Source of the DNA: an uncultured Burkholderiales bacterium
GTDB lineage: Bacteria > Pseudomonadota > Gammaproteobacteria > Burkholderiales > Eutrophovitaceae
Direction: 5' to 3'
Assembly: GCA_951812315.1 (NCBI GenBank)
Contig: CATOSA010000017.1
Location: forward strand, 16,666 to 80,665
Length of the DNA: 64,000 bases
Notes under the pieces: model-generated
Told to the model about the DNA's origin: nothing
The model's database searches: none
What the model saw: the letters and a program-made list of their open reading frames with translations, nothing else
Position numbers and translations under genes: made by a program
In this document: positions 9,285-20,235 of the stretch, piece after piece
Layout of the letters: each line of letters opens with the position of its first letter
How positions within the stretch are numbered: the first letter of the stretch is position 1

Positions 9285-11555
9285 TTAGACCTTGTCGCCG
9301 ATCGGCAGTGTATGAATGCGCTTGCCAGTGGCTTCGTAGATCGCGTTGATCAATGCCGGTGTGTATGGAGGCACACCTGGCTCACCGACGCCACATGGAC
9401 GCAGGTGCACAAAGTCTTCAACGATATGGACCCGGACATTGAGCGGGGAGTTGCTGATCCGCGAGACCGGATAATCGTGGAAGTTGCTCTGCTGCACTGC
9501 ACCGCGGTTGGTCGTGATCTTGCCATAGCGCGCGATGGTGTTGCCGTAGATAGCCGCACCTTCGACCTGCTTGAGAACACCTTCCGGGTTCACGTAGCGG
9601 CCACAGTCGATAGCAGTATCAACCTGCGGGATCGAGAATGTACCATCGTCGTGTACAACCACATGGACCGCAGTTGCCACGTAGCTGTGGAAGCTACGGT
9701 GGACAGCCAGGCCAAGCCCGTGTCCCTTGGGCAGCTTCTTGCCATAGCCAGCCTTCTTGGCAACCGTCCTCAGTGCGTTCGAGAGTCTGACAGGCATGAC
9801 CGGCCAATCTTCAACCGGGTCACCATAGTTCCAGTACTCTTTCACGCCATCTTTGGCCAGATCCATATTGTCTGCGTCACCAATCATCTCGAGCAACATT
9901 TCGAGCGGGTCGCGCCCGGCTGCTGCTGCCAGTTCATAGGCAAAACAGTTCTGGGCAAACGAGTGCTGAATGTTGTTGACCGAGCGATACCAGCCGACCC
10001 GGATGTGGGCATCCGCTTCGCCGTTCTCGATCCTGATGTTCGGGACACTGTTATACGGTGCGTCGACCATTCCCAACCCGTACTCAATACCGAAGCCGGT
10101 TTTCTGGGCCGGATTCCACAGAGCAAGAATTGACGGCCACGAGCCGGAATGCTTCCACGCGACGACCTTGCCGCTCGAATCGAGGCCAGCCTTCATCGTG
10201 TGCGCACTGGCGGTGTGGTAGTAGCCTTGCTGGATATCGTCTTCACGAGTCCACTGGACGCGTACCGGCGCACCCACCATCTTGGACAGGATCGCTGCCT
10301 CGCAGACATAGTCAGGCTTGGACTTACGACCAAATCCACCACCAAGCAGTGTTTGCCAGCACTCGATATCGGTCTTCTTCAGGCCGAGTGCTTCGCTGAC
10401 ATACTGACGGGTTTCATTGGGTGACTGGGTACATGCCCACACCTTGACCGGACGCGCATTGGCATCAACGATTGCCGCCGGCGGCTCCATCGGTGTGTGG
10501 ATGAAGTAAGGCACGAAGTAATCCGCCTCAACCACTTTTGATGCGCCTTTGATGGCACGATCAAAGTTGCCGCGATTGCGAACGACTACGCCGCCTTTTT
10601 TGGCGGACTTGCGCAGCTTGTTGTCGTATGTACGCGAGCTGTGGACGCGGTTGGGACCACTGTCCCACTTGATCTTGAGCTTCTTGCGGCCTTCCATCAC
10701 TGACCAGGTATTGGTACCAATAACTGCGATACCACCCATTGCGCGAAACTCTTGCGGCTTGTCGTCAGGCAGGTGCGGAATCTGAACAACCTTCTCTACA
10801 CCAGGCACTTTCAGCGCTGCACTCGCATCATAGGACTTGACCTTGCCACGAAACACCGGCGAACGCTCGATCACGGCAATCTTCATTCCGGGAATGCTGA
10901 TGTCCGCACCAAAATTGGCGCCACCGGTCGTGATGTCGAAGTTATCAACACCGGGCATGTCCTTGCCGATGTATTTCCACTGCGACTTGTCCTTGAACGG
11001 AATATCGCCTTCCGGCAACTTGATGCCTGCAGCAACATCTACGAGTTCGCCGTAATCAAAGGACTTGCCTGTGCGGGAGTTGTAGACACGGTGGTGTCTG
11101 GCATATACGTCGCCCGAACTCACACCCCACTTACGGGCCGCAGCTAACTCAAGCGTCTTGCGAGCAGCGCCACCGAGCTGGCGCATCACATCGAGGTGAT
11201 GACGCGTGCTACGTGAACCGTCGGTGTTCTGACCGTCCTTGCCAGCCGGGTCGTACTTGGTTTCATCACCTGGTGCTTGCCAGAGGGTACAACGATCCCA
11301 GTCTGCTTCCAGCTCGTCGGCGAGAATCATTGGAATACCGGTACGTGCGCCCTGGCCCATTTCTGCACGGCTGCAGGTAATGGTTACCACTCCGTCGCCT
11401 GCGATACTGACGAACAGATTTGGACTCGCTACGGCCTGGGCTTGCGCCTCCTTGACCAATCCACCCGGTACAAAGTTGGCACCGATAACAAGTGCACCTG
11501 CGGTGCCAGTGGTCTTGAGAAAATCACGTCTGCTTATATTCTGTATGGTAGCCAT
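9285..11555 (-). CDS. molybdopterin-binding subunit of an aldehyde oxidase/xanthine dehydrogenase-family oxidoreductase (IorB-like), TAT-exported
   Basis: Start moved to MATIQNISRRDFLKTTG (twin-arginine signal), preceded by GGAGG. The upstream gene's stop lies 1 nt before it. The long body is typical of IorB/aldehyde dehydrogenase large subunits. Confidence 0.88.
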   Translation of the reverse strand: MATIQNISRRDFLKTTGTAGALVIGANFVPGGLVKEAQAQAVASPNLFVSIAGDGVVTITCSRAEMGQGARTGIPMILADELEADWDRCTLWQAPGDETKYDPAGKDGQNTDGSRSTRHHLDVMRQLGGAARKTLELAAARKWGVSSGDVYARHHRVYNSRTGKSFDYGELVDVAAGIKLPEGDIPFKDKSQWKYIGKDMPGVDNFDITTGGANFGADISIPGMKIAVIERSPVFRGKVKSYDASAALKVPGVEKVVQIPHLPDDKPQEFRAMGGIAVIGTNTWSVMEGRKKLKIKWDSGPNRVHSSRTYDNKLRKSAKKGGVVVRNRGNFDRAIKGASKVVEADYFVPYFIHTPMEPPAAIVDANARPVKVWACTQSPNETRQYVSEALGLKKTDIECWQTLLGGGFGRKSKPDYVCEAAILSKMVGAPVRVQWTREDDIQQGYYHTASAHTMKAGLDSSGKVVAWKHSGSWPSILALWNPAQKTGFGIEYGLGMVDAPYNSVPNIRIENGEADAHIRVGWYRSVNNIQHSFAQNCFAYELAAAAGRDPLEMLLEMIGDADNMDLAKDGVKEYWNYGDPVEDWPVMPVRLSNALRTVAKKAGYGKKLPKGHGLGLAVHRSFHSYVATAVHVVVHDDGTFSIPQVDTAIDCGRYVNPEGVLKQVEGAAIYGNTIARYGKITTNRGAVQQSNFHDYPVSRISNSPLNVRVHIVEDFVHLRPCGVGEPGVPPYTPALINAIYEATGKRIHTLPIGDKV

Positions 11556-11556
11556 A

Positions 11557-12009
11557 TCAAACCTCCGTCGCGGCTGAACGAACCGCTGCGAAAATGCGCT
11601 GATAGGTACCACAGCGGCAGATGTTCCCGGCCATACCGTCAACAATTTCCTTGTCCGACGGATCCGGATTCTGATTCAGCAAAGATGCGGCCTGCATGAT
11701 TTGCCCTGCCTGGCAGTAACCACACTGCGGCACATTGTGGGCACGCCACGCGCGCTGAACAGGATGGTTGCCATTGGCATCCAGGCCTTCAATCGTCGTG
11801 ACGTTCTTGTTGGCTGCCATTTCGACCGAAGTAATGCAACCACGGACTGCGCCGCCATCGAGGTGAACCGTGCAGGCTCCGCAAAGTCCGGAACCACAAC
11901 CGAACTTTGATCCGGTAAGCCCAAGTTCATCCCTCAGATACCACAGCAGTGGCATCCTTGGATCGCCGTTAAACTGGCGACTTACACCATTAACTCTTAA
12001 TGAAATCAT
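11557..12009 (-). CDS. (2Fe-2S)-binding small subunit of the Mo-hydroxylase
   Basis: 150 aa with both [2Fe-2S] cysteine clusters ([11 protein letters not shown]; [10 protein letters not shown] ... CRCGTY). Confidence 0.9.
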   Translation of the reverse strand: MISLRVNGVSRQFNGDPRMPLLWYLRDELGLTGSKFGCGSGLCGACTVHLDGGAVRGCITSVEMAANKNVTTIEGLDANGNHPVQRAWRAHNVPQCGYCQAGQIMQAASLLNQNPDPSDKEIVDGMAGNICRCGTYQRIFAAVRSAATEV

Positions 12010-12328
12010 ACTCCTACCCCCGTTTACATACGGTTTTTCTTGACACTGGACGACGTGCTGACTTGCTGCCAGACGCCACGAAAAAAAGGTCCCCAGTACC
12101 CGGTCCCACCTTTTCTAGGCGAGAGCATATCCCCTTGCGCGCCTGATCACAATGTCCCGCGTGATTTTTGCCGCCAGACGCTATATTTGTTTCCAATACA
12201 TTGACTTCCAATCGAAACTCGGCTACTTCACCCGCGGTCGCCTGAATCCGGATCCAGACGGAATGGTGATAACATCGCCTTCGGCCAAATCAATCTCAAG
12301 ATGTTGAAAATCAAGAGGAGAATCTGAA

Positions 12329-12835
12329 ATGCATGCAAGTCTCAAATTGCCGACGCTGGCGCTGGGTTTGGCGCTCGGCATAACCGCACTGCCGATAGCG
12401 CACAGTGATATGCATGGCGGCATGACGGTGCTGATGAAAAGCAACTTCGTGATGGCCGAGCCCGACAATCTCAAATGGAAGAGGAACGATTCGACACCGT
12501 GGGGCATGCGTATTGTTGTTCTCTACGGCGACCCGACCAAACCGGGGCCATACATCTTCCGTGCAAAGATGCCGTCTGGATACAAGCTGCCGCCGCACCG
12601 CCACTCCGACGCGAGGAATGTGACCGTGTTAAAGGGAACCTACTGGACTGGCGTTGGCGAAGAATACGACGCGATGAATATGCACGAATTCGAGCCCGGC
12701 GCATTCTATGTAACCGAGGCGGAAGTACCCCATTACGCCTGGGCGCGGCGCGAAGTGATCATCCAGGAAATGGGAATGGGTCCGAACTCTGACATCCGCT
12801 ATGTCAATCCCGAGGACGACCCGCGCAGCAATTAG
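12329..12835 (+). CDS. secreted cupin-domain protein
   Basis: 168 aa. Signal peptide MHASLKLPTLALGLALGITALPIAHS. Cupin-like HRH ... VPHYAW core. SD AAGAGGAG lies upstream. Confidence 0.65.
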   Translation: MHASLKLPTLALGLALGITALPIAHSDMHGGMTVLMKSNFVMAEPDNLKWKRNDSTPWGMRIVVLYGDPTKPGPYIFRAKMPSGYKLPPHRHSDARNVTVLKGTYWTGVGEEYDAMNMHEFEPGAFYVTEAEVPHYAWARREVIIQEMGMGPNSDIRYVNPEDDPRSN

Positions 12836-13081
12836 CCGGCAACTGACGTTTCGGAAAAACTAGCTGGATGTGAACGGGTAGCTCGCGCTGCCCGTTTTGT
12901 CGTGGACGATACGTATTAAGGCGCCGGATTCGATCCACTCCCGTACTGGCCAGGATTGAATGAATTTGCGTGCGCAACATTCTCGGCCACCGGATTGTCG
13001 CTCGGCTTTTGGCCAGGTGCAGCGTGCTGCAAACCTCACTGCCGCCCTATCGCAGGCAGCGTTAGATTGACTGGAGAACTG

Positions 13082-13492
13082 TCAAGTCTGATGAAACCGC
13101 GCGCAAGCCACTTCCAGTGTTGTTTCGGCATGCGAATTGGGTCTTACGCCGAGCCACAGCTGCCGCGGCATATCGCCTGAAGACCACACCACTTCACCGT
13201 GCTGGTCAAGCATATCGATACGAAATATCCGATTAACACGCAGCTCGCAGTCCATCTCGACAATGCCGCGGGTTTCCTTGAAGACAACAGCTTTGTCTCC
13301 CAGATACTCGGTCAGGATATGCGTGTAGATGCCGCGTTTGGTGACGCGCAAATTGTCTTTCACAAATTCAATTGAATCGACATCAACGTAGAATTTGGCT
13401 TCCATGTCGGCGCCAACTTCGACCCAGTCTTCGGCAATGGCCGCAGACAAAGACCAGAACAGCAGTATCACAAAACCGCCTAGTAAACGCAC
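13082..13492 (-). CDS. hypothetical secreted protein
   Basis: 136 aa with signal peptide MRLLGGFVILLFWSLSAAIA. No family confidently recognised. Confidence 0.5.
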   Translation of the reverse strand: MRLLGGFVILLFWSLSAAIAEDWVEVGADMEAKFYVDVDSIEFVKDNLRVTKRGIYTHILTEYLGDKAVVFKETRGIVEMDCELRVNRIFRIDMLDQHGEVVWSSGDMPRQLWLGVRPNSHAETTLEVACARFHQT

Positions 13493-13629
13493 GTTGGCCC
13501 CGATCGCATCATCACATCAAGCCTTTTCGGCAGATTGAACTCAAAAATTACTGCGTAGTTCTCCACCGGACCCTATCACCGGATCGGGTTCGGAACATTG
13601 TGGCGCTGCGTTTTCATTTATCTGTTTGG

Positions 13630-14208
13630 TCACAGGAGCAGCCGCTGCGCAAAGCTCACTGTTTGAGCGCCCAGCTCCAGCACGGACTGGTGTTGATTGT
13701 CATCCTTGAGCCTGCCCCCAGGATCGAAGGCGTCACCTGCGCGCCCTATTCCGATGCGTGCCGGTACCACCACCATTCCCAGATAAGCCAGTTGCGAGCG
13801 CAGCACCGCCTGTCCGCGCTGTCCGCCGAAAGCGCCCGGGGATGCCGACAACACGCCGGCCACTTTCCCCGTAAATGCTGCCAGCGGTTTCTCGTCGTTC
13901 TCACGGCGTGACGCCCAGTCGATCGCATTCTTCAAGGCCGCGGGGAACATACTGTTGTACTCTGGGGTCGCGACCAACACGCCGTGGTGATCCATCAGCA
14001 GCCGTTTGAACGTCGTTGCGTTCTCTGGCAGCCCATGCGCCGCCTCTTCATCACCGTCATAGATCGGCATCGGCAAATCGCGCAAATCAACTAGCGTGAC
14101 TTCTGCACCGGCATCGCGCGCGCCCTCGGCCGCTATCGCAACCAGTTTCTTGTTCAATGAGGCCGAGCGCAAACTTCCCGCAAAAGCCAGTATTCTTGGC
14201 ACCACCAT
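13630..14208 (-). CDS. NADPH-dependent FMN reductase family oxidoreductase
   Basis: 192 aa. N-terminal ILAFAGSLRSASLNKKL and the later TPEYN motif are typical of this family. Confidence 0.85.
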   Translation of the reverse strand: MVVPRILAFAGSLRSASLNKKLVAIAAEGARDAGAEVTLVDLRDLPMPIYDGDEEAAHGLPENATTFKRLLMDHHGVLVATPEYNSMFPAALKNAIDWASRRENDEKPLAAFTGKVAGVLSASPGAFGGQRGQAVLRSQLAYLGMVVVPARIGIGRAGDAFDPGGRLKDDNQHQSVLELGAQTVSFAQRLLL

Positions 14209-14382
14209 GCAGATCCTTTCACATCACTGTGCGTCTATCGTGGACGCCTCGCACAGTGCTTGTTATCACATATTAGACCGGCACACCAAAAGTGACCCCG
14301 TTCGCCCAATTCGCTCGAACGCCTGAACGCCTGAACGTCGCGGCCACACTATTCTTTTCTTTGTTTCGCGCGGGAATCGCGC

Positions 14383-16155
14383 TTATGAAGCGACGCGCTT
14401 CTTCCTGGGACGCAGTCGTTCGGTAAAATCGTCGCAAGCCATTGGCTCGCCGAACAAATATCCTTGCGCATATTCGCAGCCGTAGGCGTTTAGAAATTGC
14501 AGTTGCGCTTCGTCTTCCACACCTTCGGCAGTCACTTTCATGCCGAGGCTGCGTGCGAGTGTAATGATGGCACGTACGATCGCTGCATCGTTGGCATCAT
14601 GGGATATATCGCGGACAAACGAACGGTCGATCTTGAGAATATCCAGCGGCAGCCGCTTGAGATAGGACAGACTCGAATACCCCGTCCCAAAATCATCGAT
14701 CGCAATGCCCACGCCCAGTTGTTTGAGTCGCTCAAGCGTGACAACCGAAGACTCGGCATCATGCATAACCGCACTTTCGGTCATCTCGATCTCAAGTGAC
14801 TCCGGCGCAATCTGCTCTTCCCGGATGACAGTGCTGACGAGTTTGGACAGGTCATACTGATGAAACTGGTGCGCAGACACATTGACGGCAATTTGTGGAA
14901 ACAGATCCATGCCTTGACAAGTGCGAATTTGCGCACACGCCGTGCGTAACACCCACTCGCCAATCTCACTGACCATCCCCGATTCTTCTGCGACAGGAAT
15001 GAATCGGGCCGGCGCAACCAGCCCCAGTTTCGGATGATTCCAGCGAAGCAATGCTTCTGCCCCGATGACTTGCCGGGATTCAAGGTCGATTTTGGGTTGA
15101 TAGACGAGATACATCTCGTCACGCTGCATGGCCTGGCGCAGCCCCGCCTCCAGAACCATGCGCTCGTGGGCTTCTTCATTCAGCGCGTGGGTAAAAAACT
15201 GGTAGTTGTTACGGCCGAGTTTCTTGGCACTGTACATCGCCGCGTCGGCATGCTTGGTCAACTCATCCGCCGACTTCGAATCATCGGGAAACAGGCTTAC
15301 GCCGATGGACGCAGAAACGAACACGTCCTGCGACGTGCCAGGAAACGCCTGTGACATTTCTGCGAGTATCTTGCTGGCGGTCGCCGATACGGTATGCAGG
15401 CGTGCCGCATCGGGCACGATTATCGTGAACTCGTCTCCGCCGACGCGGGCAATTGTGTTGGTCTCGTCTGTGCAGCTCTTAATTCGATCGGCGGCCGCCT
15501 TGAGCAAACTGTCGCCGACAAAATGGCCGAGAGTTTCATTGATAATTTTGAATCGGTCCACGCCAATATGCATGAGTGCCAGGCGTTCGCGAGTGCGTTT
15601 TGCGTGAGCCACTGCCTGATTCACGCGATCCAGCATGAGCCCCCTGTTGGGAAGCCCAGTCAACAGGTCATAGTTTTCAAGATATTGTGTTTTTTCGTCG
15701 GCGTGCTTGCGTTCCGTAATGTCACGCGACGTGAGCACGATGCCACCGACGCCCGGATGTTCGAGTAAATTATTGCCAAGTACCTCGAGCCATATCCATG
15801 AACCGTCGAAGTGGCGGTAGCGAAATTCGATCGCCACCGGGTCGCCGCCGCTCGCCAGGTTTTCAAACGTCTCGCGAGCGCGCTCGTCATCTTTCGGGTG
15901 GATGGAACGAAAAGGAGTTCTGCCGACCAGCGCGCCCGCAGGATAGCCAAGAATACGTGAAGCCGCGGGCGATTCGTATAGCGTCGTTCCGTCCGCATCG
16001 TGGATGGTTATGATGTCGAACGAATTCTGCACCAGCGCGCGAAACCGTTCTTCGCGATCCTGTGCAGAGTCATCCAGGCGCAACAGATTAGAAGCGCGTT
16101 TGAAAAATCCAGGTTTCAAATACCGAACCACCGAACGATATATCGGCGTCCCCAC
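14383..16155 (-). CDS. PAS-GGDEF-EAL signalling protein (c-di-GMP turnover)
   Basis: 590 aa. PAS region, then GGDEF (RVGGDEFTII), then an EAL domain (EALLRW, DDFGTGYSSLSYL). Confidence 0.92.
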   Translation of the reverse strand: MGTPIYRSVVRYLKPGFFKRASNLLRLDDSAQDREERFRALVQNSFDIITIHDADGTTLYESPAASRILGYPAGALVGRTPFRSIHPKDDERARETFENLASGGDPVAIEFRYRHFDGSWIWLEVLGNNLLEHPGVGGIVLTSRDITERKHADEKTQYLENYDLLTGLPNRGLMLDRVNQAVAHAKRTRERLALMHIGVDRFKIINETLGHFVGDSLLKAAADRIKSCTDETNTIARVGGDEFTIIVPDAARLHTVSATASKILAEMSQAFPGTSQDVFVSASIGVSLFPDDSKSADELTKHADAAMYSAKKLGRNNYQFFTHALNEEAHERMVLEAGLRQAMQRDEMYLVYQPKIDLESRQVIGAEALLRWNHPKLGLVAPARFIPVAEESGMVSEIGEWVLRTACAQIRTCQGMDLFPQIAVNVSAHQFHQYDLSKLVSTVIREEQIAPESLEIEMTESAVMHDAESSVVTLERLKQLGVGIAIDDFGTGYSSLSYLKRLPLDILKIDRSFVRDISHDANDAAIVRAIITLARSLGMKVTAEGVEDEAQLQFLNAYGCEYAQGYLFGEPMACDDFTERLRPRKKRVAS

Positions 16156-16695
16156 CGGTTACCACCGGCGCCCCCTGTCCCGATATCAGGAAGTCCCCTT
16201 GAAATCCTTCTTGCTGCCGGATTCTATGGCCCGGTCAGCTTTGTTAGGCCGCCGTTTATACCATACGGATAGTTACGTGCGCGGCCGGGTAACTTAAACA
16301 GCCAACCACCAGTCAACGAAAACGACCTGGCGATCAATAAATCTGCGCCGCCTGACTGGATAGACACAAGACCAGTTAGTTGATTCGGCAACTACGCGAG
16401 ATCTCGAGCGCCGGCGCGCAAGCCAGGCGCTTTCATCTCGCGTGTCCAGTCTTTTTAATACCACACCCGATAGAACCCGGATGCGCTGATACCCTGAAGC
16501 CATCATGCCCGGGACAACGCGAACACGCATCGACTCTTATCCATTCCAGCGTCGACTGCCGATGAATTCAATCCACTGCGATTGTCTTCAGGTTCAAGCG
16601 GGCCACTTCAACACAGCTATCGCGCACCGTGCTCTCATGCAACCGCCGCCTGTACCCCGCCATAAAATCGCCCCATCAGGCTTCGGCAATTGACA

Positions 16696-17019
16696 CTAGC
16701 TACTTGCTTCGCTGCTCAAAGCCTCAACGTTGAGTGCTCCAAAGCGCTTTTCGTACTCGTCTACAACCCCCTTCAAAATCATGCTCATGCGCTTTGCTGC
16801 GTATGGACTGATAATGATGCGATCGGTGAGCTGGATCTTCACTTCCTTTTGCGCACGGTTCCAGGCCTGATTCACGCCGAACAGCATCACCACTTCTTCG
16901 CGGGTACTGGTGACATTGCAGACGTTGGCATAGGAACTCGTCATGCGCGTGTCGTCCCACTTCAGTTGCGTGCCTTCATCTGGCTTCGCGTCGCTCTTCT
17001 CTGCTTGTTTAGTTGCCAT
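16696..17019 (-). CDS. DUF3467-like small protein
   Basis: Start taken at MATKQAEK inside ORF 16696..17043. The segment YANVCNVTSTREEVVMLFG matches my recollection of DUF3467. Confidence 0.55.
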   Translation of the reverse strand: MATKQAEKSDAKPDEGTQLKWDDTRMTSSYANVCNVTSTREEVVMLFGVNQAWNRAQKEVKIQLTDRIIISPYAAKRMSMILKGVVDEYEKRFGALNVEALSSEASS

Positions 17020-17747
17020 GTTTATCCAACCTCCATTGCCCAAACTACATCAATTCGTTCACTGGAATATCCGCTAAGAGCAGCCGCAACACATTTGCTT
17101 CCGGCCTTCCTCAACCCGCGAGTGACTGTCATCACAATGTACGTATCACTTCGCCAATATCCGTCGTTTTGAAAGATGAACAGATCGCCGCTTCAAGCAT
17201 ACGGTTAACCAGGGTTGTCGACCCACGCTCAGTTAACTCGCACTTGCGGTTTTGCTGATCCGCCCCTTTTGGCATAGCCGAACTGCGCTGCCTGCACTTG
17301 GGGGGTCCCCTCATCGGCAGCCAGAAAGCCCGGTTTCTTACTAACAGGGGCTAGCACAATGCCTGCCATCCTTACAGGGATCAGGCGCTGCAGATGCGCC
17401 AACGCGGGGTTGCAACCAATTCAACAGAATCGGCGCCATATCAACGGCGGCACGGCACTCTCGAGCTCACTCGACAGTGCTGATAAATTGCTGACGATCA
17501 CACCAAAATAAGGAAATCGCTTACCTAAACTCCAACCCATTTTGTCAATTGCTGCATGGGAGGTGTAACGCAGGTCCGTGGCAGCGTGCTCGACCTGTCG
17601 AAACAGAATGAACGAAACGCAGCACTCCCAGAAATCAGTTCCAGGCCGAAGCCCGGAGACCGGCCCTCATTGGCAGGTAATTTCGTCATACGCAAATGAG
17701 GAACGATCAATCGAGCGTCAGGTTGCCAATTTCCCGCGTTTATCGGC

Positions 17748-19412
17748 TTAGAGCAAACGTCCCGGCAAAATTCCGGTAGCAATTGATTGCTCCAGCGGAC
17801 ATGACGCCCCGACTATGGCCGACGCAAGCACTTCATCGGCGAGCGGCGCCCAGCCAAAACCTCGGGATCCCATGCCCAGACATACAGACACCTCATCCAT
17901 TACCGGACCGACCGCAGGTACGCGATCGCGGCTAACGCAGCGAATGCCTGCCCAACCCGCCCGACGGTCTGGCTCGGCGTTTCCAAATACACTCGGTAGT
18001 ATGCGGACCGCACGCTCGTAATTTGTTACGTGATCCGCTTGCGTTTTGACCGCCGCCGAAACCGATTCGTCAAATGTGCCGCCCACTTAATGAATCCCGT
18101 TCACCCCCGGAGTGACATAACCGTCCCTGCAGACCGGCGTACGCAAGTCGCTGGATGTCAACGGAATCTCCGTCACCTGACCTCTGACTGGCCTGAGTTG
18201 CAGGTCATGCTCCGCGATGAGCGCCTGCGCCTGGCACCCATTCGCGAGAATCACATTGTCCCCCTGCGCAAGCAGATTGTTAGCTACATCCAGGACTTGC
18301 AGGCCACGATCACTGCGCTCGACGCGGGCGGCTTCAGTACCGGCAATTAATGCGATCGATGCCCCTCCCTTCTCTACCATCGCTTGACACGCGAGCTGGC
18401 CATCGACATAGCCGGCGGACGAGCACCATAGTCCCGGTTCGCGTATAGGCGCGCCGCACAGTCCCGTCGCGTCCCGCGCGTCGACCAGACGAACCAGCGA
18501 GTCAGGAAGTGCAAACTGTGCGAGCGCGCGCTGGAGCCGCTTCAAATGCGCCTTGTCGCGTGCCAGCTGCAGCACTCCGGTTCCGTGCCAGCGGAAGTTC
18601 GCTTGATTATTCAGTTCACGATAGCGGCGCACTGCATACAAGAACGCAGCCCAGCCAAAGCGACTACGCACACCGCTGTCCAAGGTCACGAAAGGACGCA
18701 CCAGTGCCGCCGGATTGGACGATGTTTCCGCGCCAGGATGCGATGCCCGCTCAATCAAGTCGACCTCAATGCCCTGACGCGCCAGCGCAAGCGCGCATGA
18801 CGCACCCGCTATTCCGGCGCCGACGACTATGACTCTGCGTGTCTCTGCAAACGTCTCTCGTACACCAGGAAACCGTGCGGCCAGCATTTCGCGCTTGTGC
18901 GCAAAGCCGGCTTTTTTCTGAACATCAAAACCGGCTCTGGCGAGTCCATGTTTCGCCTTCGCGGCAACTGAATATGTCGCGGCAGTCGCACCTGGTGCTG
19001 GATGAAGCCGATGAAATCCAGGCGTCAGCGGTGGATAGACCTCCAGCAAATCGTGCGCTAGCGTACCGAGTTGCGGCCATGCATGAAGCACCCGCGCAAG
19101 ATCATCGCGAGCGAATGGATGTTTCTCGACTGATACGAAATCAAGCCGCGTATTGATGTTGCTCCGGTTCAATTCGTCCCAGGCCGCCAGAAAATTCAAT
19201 CCACAGCCGAATCCGGTTTCGACGATAGTGAATCTGCCAACCTCCTCCCACCGTTTCGGCAGTTGATTGCCGGCGACAAACACATGGCGCGCTTCTTCTA
19301 TGCCACCCGCAACGGAGTGGTAGATATCGTCAAAGCGGTCCGAATATAGTGCGCCATCGCGAACGGCGACTTTCGCGCGCGTGATCGGTTGAGGAAAAGG
19401 CAAGTTGGGCAA
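17748..19412 (-). pseudogene. mnmC: mnmC (tRNA mnm5s2U34 methyltransferase/FAD oxidoreductase) carrying an in-frame TAA and an internal deletion
   Basis: ORFs 18087..19412 and 17748..18086 share one frame and are separated only by TAA at 18087-18089 (...GVNGIH*VGGTFDES...). In the N-terminal domain GFHRL runs directly into PGATAATYSVAAK..KREML. This skips the roughly 60-aa segment that holds DAWFLDGFAP in E. coli MnmC. Confidence 0.8.
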
Positions 19413-19640
19413 CGTGCTCGACTATCGGGTTCTTTGAGTGCAGCGGTACGATGCTGCATCTTAACGGCTAGCGGGCTAAGTCAAAGCACTGGAGACTGGG
19501 AGCCAAAATGGCATAGATACACTGGAAATCAGCCAAATCGCATCTGCTGTTTCTGCTCAAACGCTCGCTCGTGTCCAGGCAGCGTTCGCACTCCACTGCA
19601 AATCAAACTGCGATTCTGGCCGCAGGCCGCAAACGCCTGG

Positions 19641-20096
19641 TCACGCATCTCCCGCATGCTTTGTTAGCAGCTTGTCGAGCTGGTTCGCAAACGCGTTGCG
19701 GTCACTCTGACTCAATGCAGGTAGACCACCGGTATCCACGCCACTCGCGCGCAAATTGTCCAGGAAATCGCGCATGCCAAGGAGGCTCTTGATGCTGTCC
19801 GCCGAGTACAGCTCGCCTCGGGGGTTCAGGGCATTTCCACCTTTTTCGATCACTTCCGCCGCCAGAGGAATGTCAGCCGTGATGACGAGATCACCGACAC
19901 CAAGCCGTTTGACGATCTCATTGTCGGCAACATCGAATCCGCTGGAGACTTGAAGCATTTGGATGTGGCGCGATGGCGGAATGCGCATCGACTTGTTTGC
20001 GACCAGTGTCAACTCGACCCTGGTCCGCTCTGCCGCCTTGAACAAAATATCCTTGATCACTACTGGACACGCATCTGCGTCTACCCAAATTTTCAT
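19641..20096 (-). CDS. yaiI: YaiI/YqxD family protein (UPF0178)
   Basis: Start taken at [23 protein letters not shown] is the family hallmark. Confidence 0.8.
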   Translation of the reverse strand: MKIWVDADACPVVIKDILFKAAERTRVELTLVANKSMRIPPSRHIQMLQVSSGFDVADNEIVKRLGVGDLVITADIPLAAEVIEKGGNALNPRGELYSADSIKSLLGMRDFLDNLRASGVDTGGLPALSQSDRNAFANQLDKLLTKHAGDA

Positions 20097-20235
20097 TCCA
20101 TGCCACTCGTGCTCATTGCAATGCCGGACTTTCGCTCCGAACATTTTCGCGCACCGTCATAGTGCACACAAATGACTACGCGTCCGTTTCCGCGAAGGAT
20201 TAGGGCACATCACGCGAAGCAACTCGCGCGATGGT

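Noticed and set aside
17310-17345. CCAGAAAGCCCGGTTTCTTAC (reverse complement AAGAAACCGGGCTTTC) resembles the 3' P4 strand of RNase P RNA.
   Set aside because: The near-invariant GAGGAAAGUCCGGGC 5' partner is absent within 400 nt on either strand, and no other P RNA landmarks are present.
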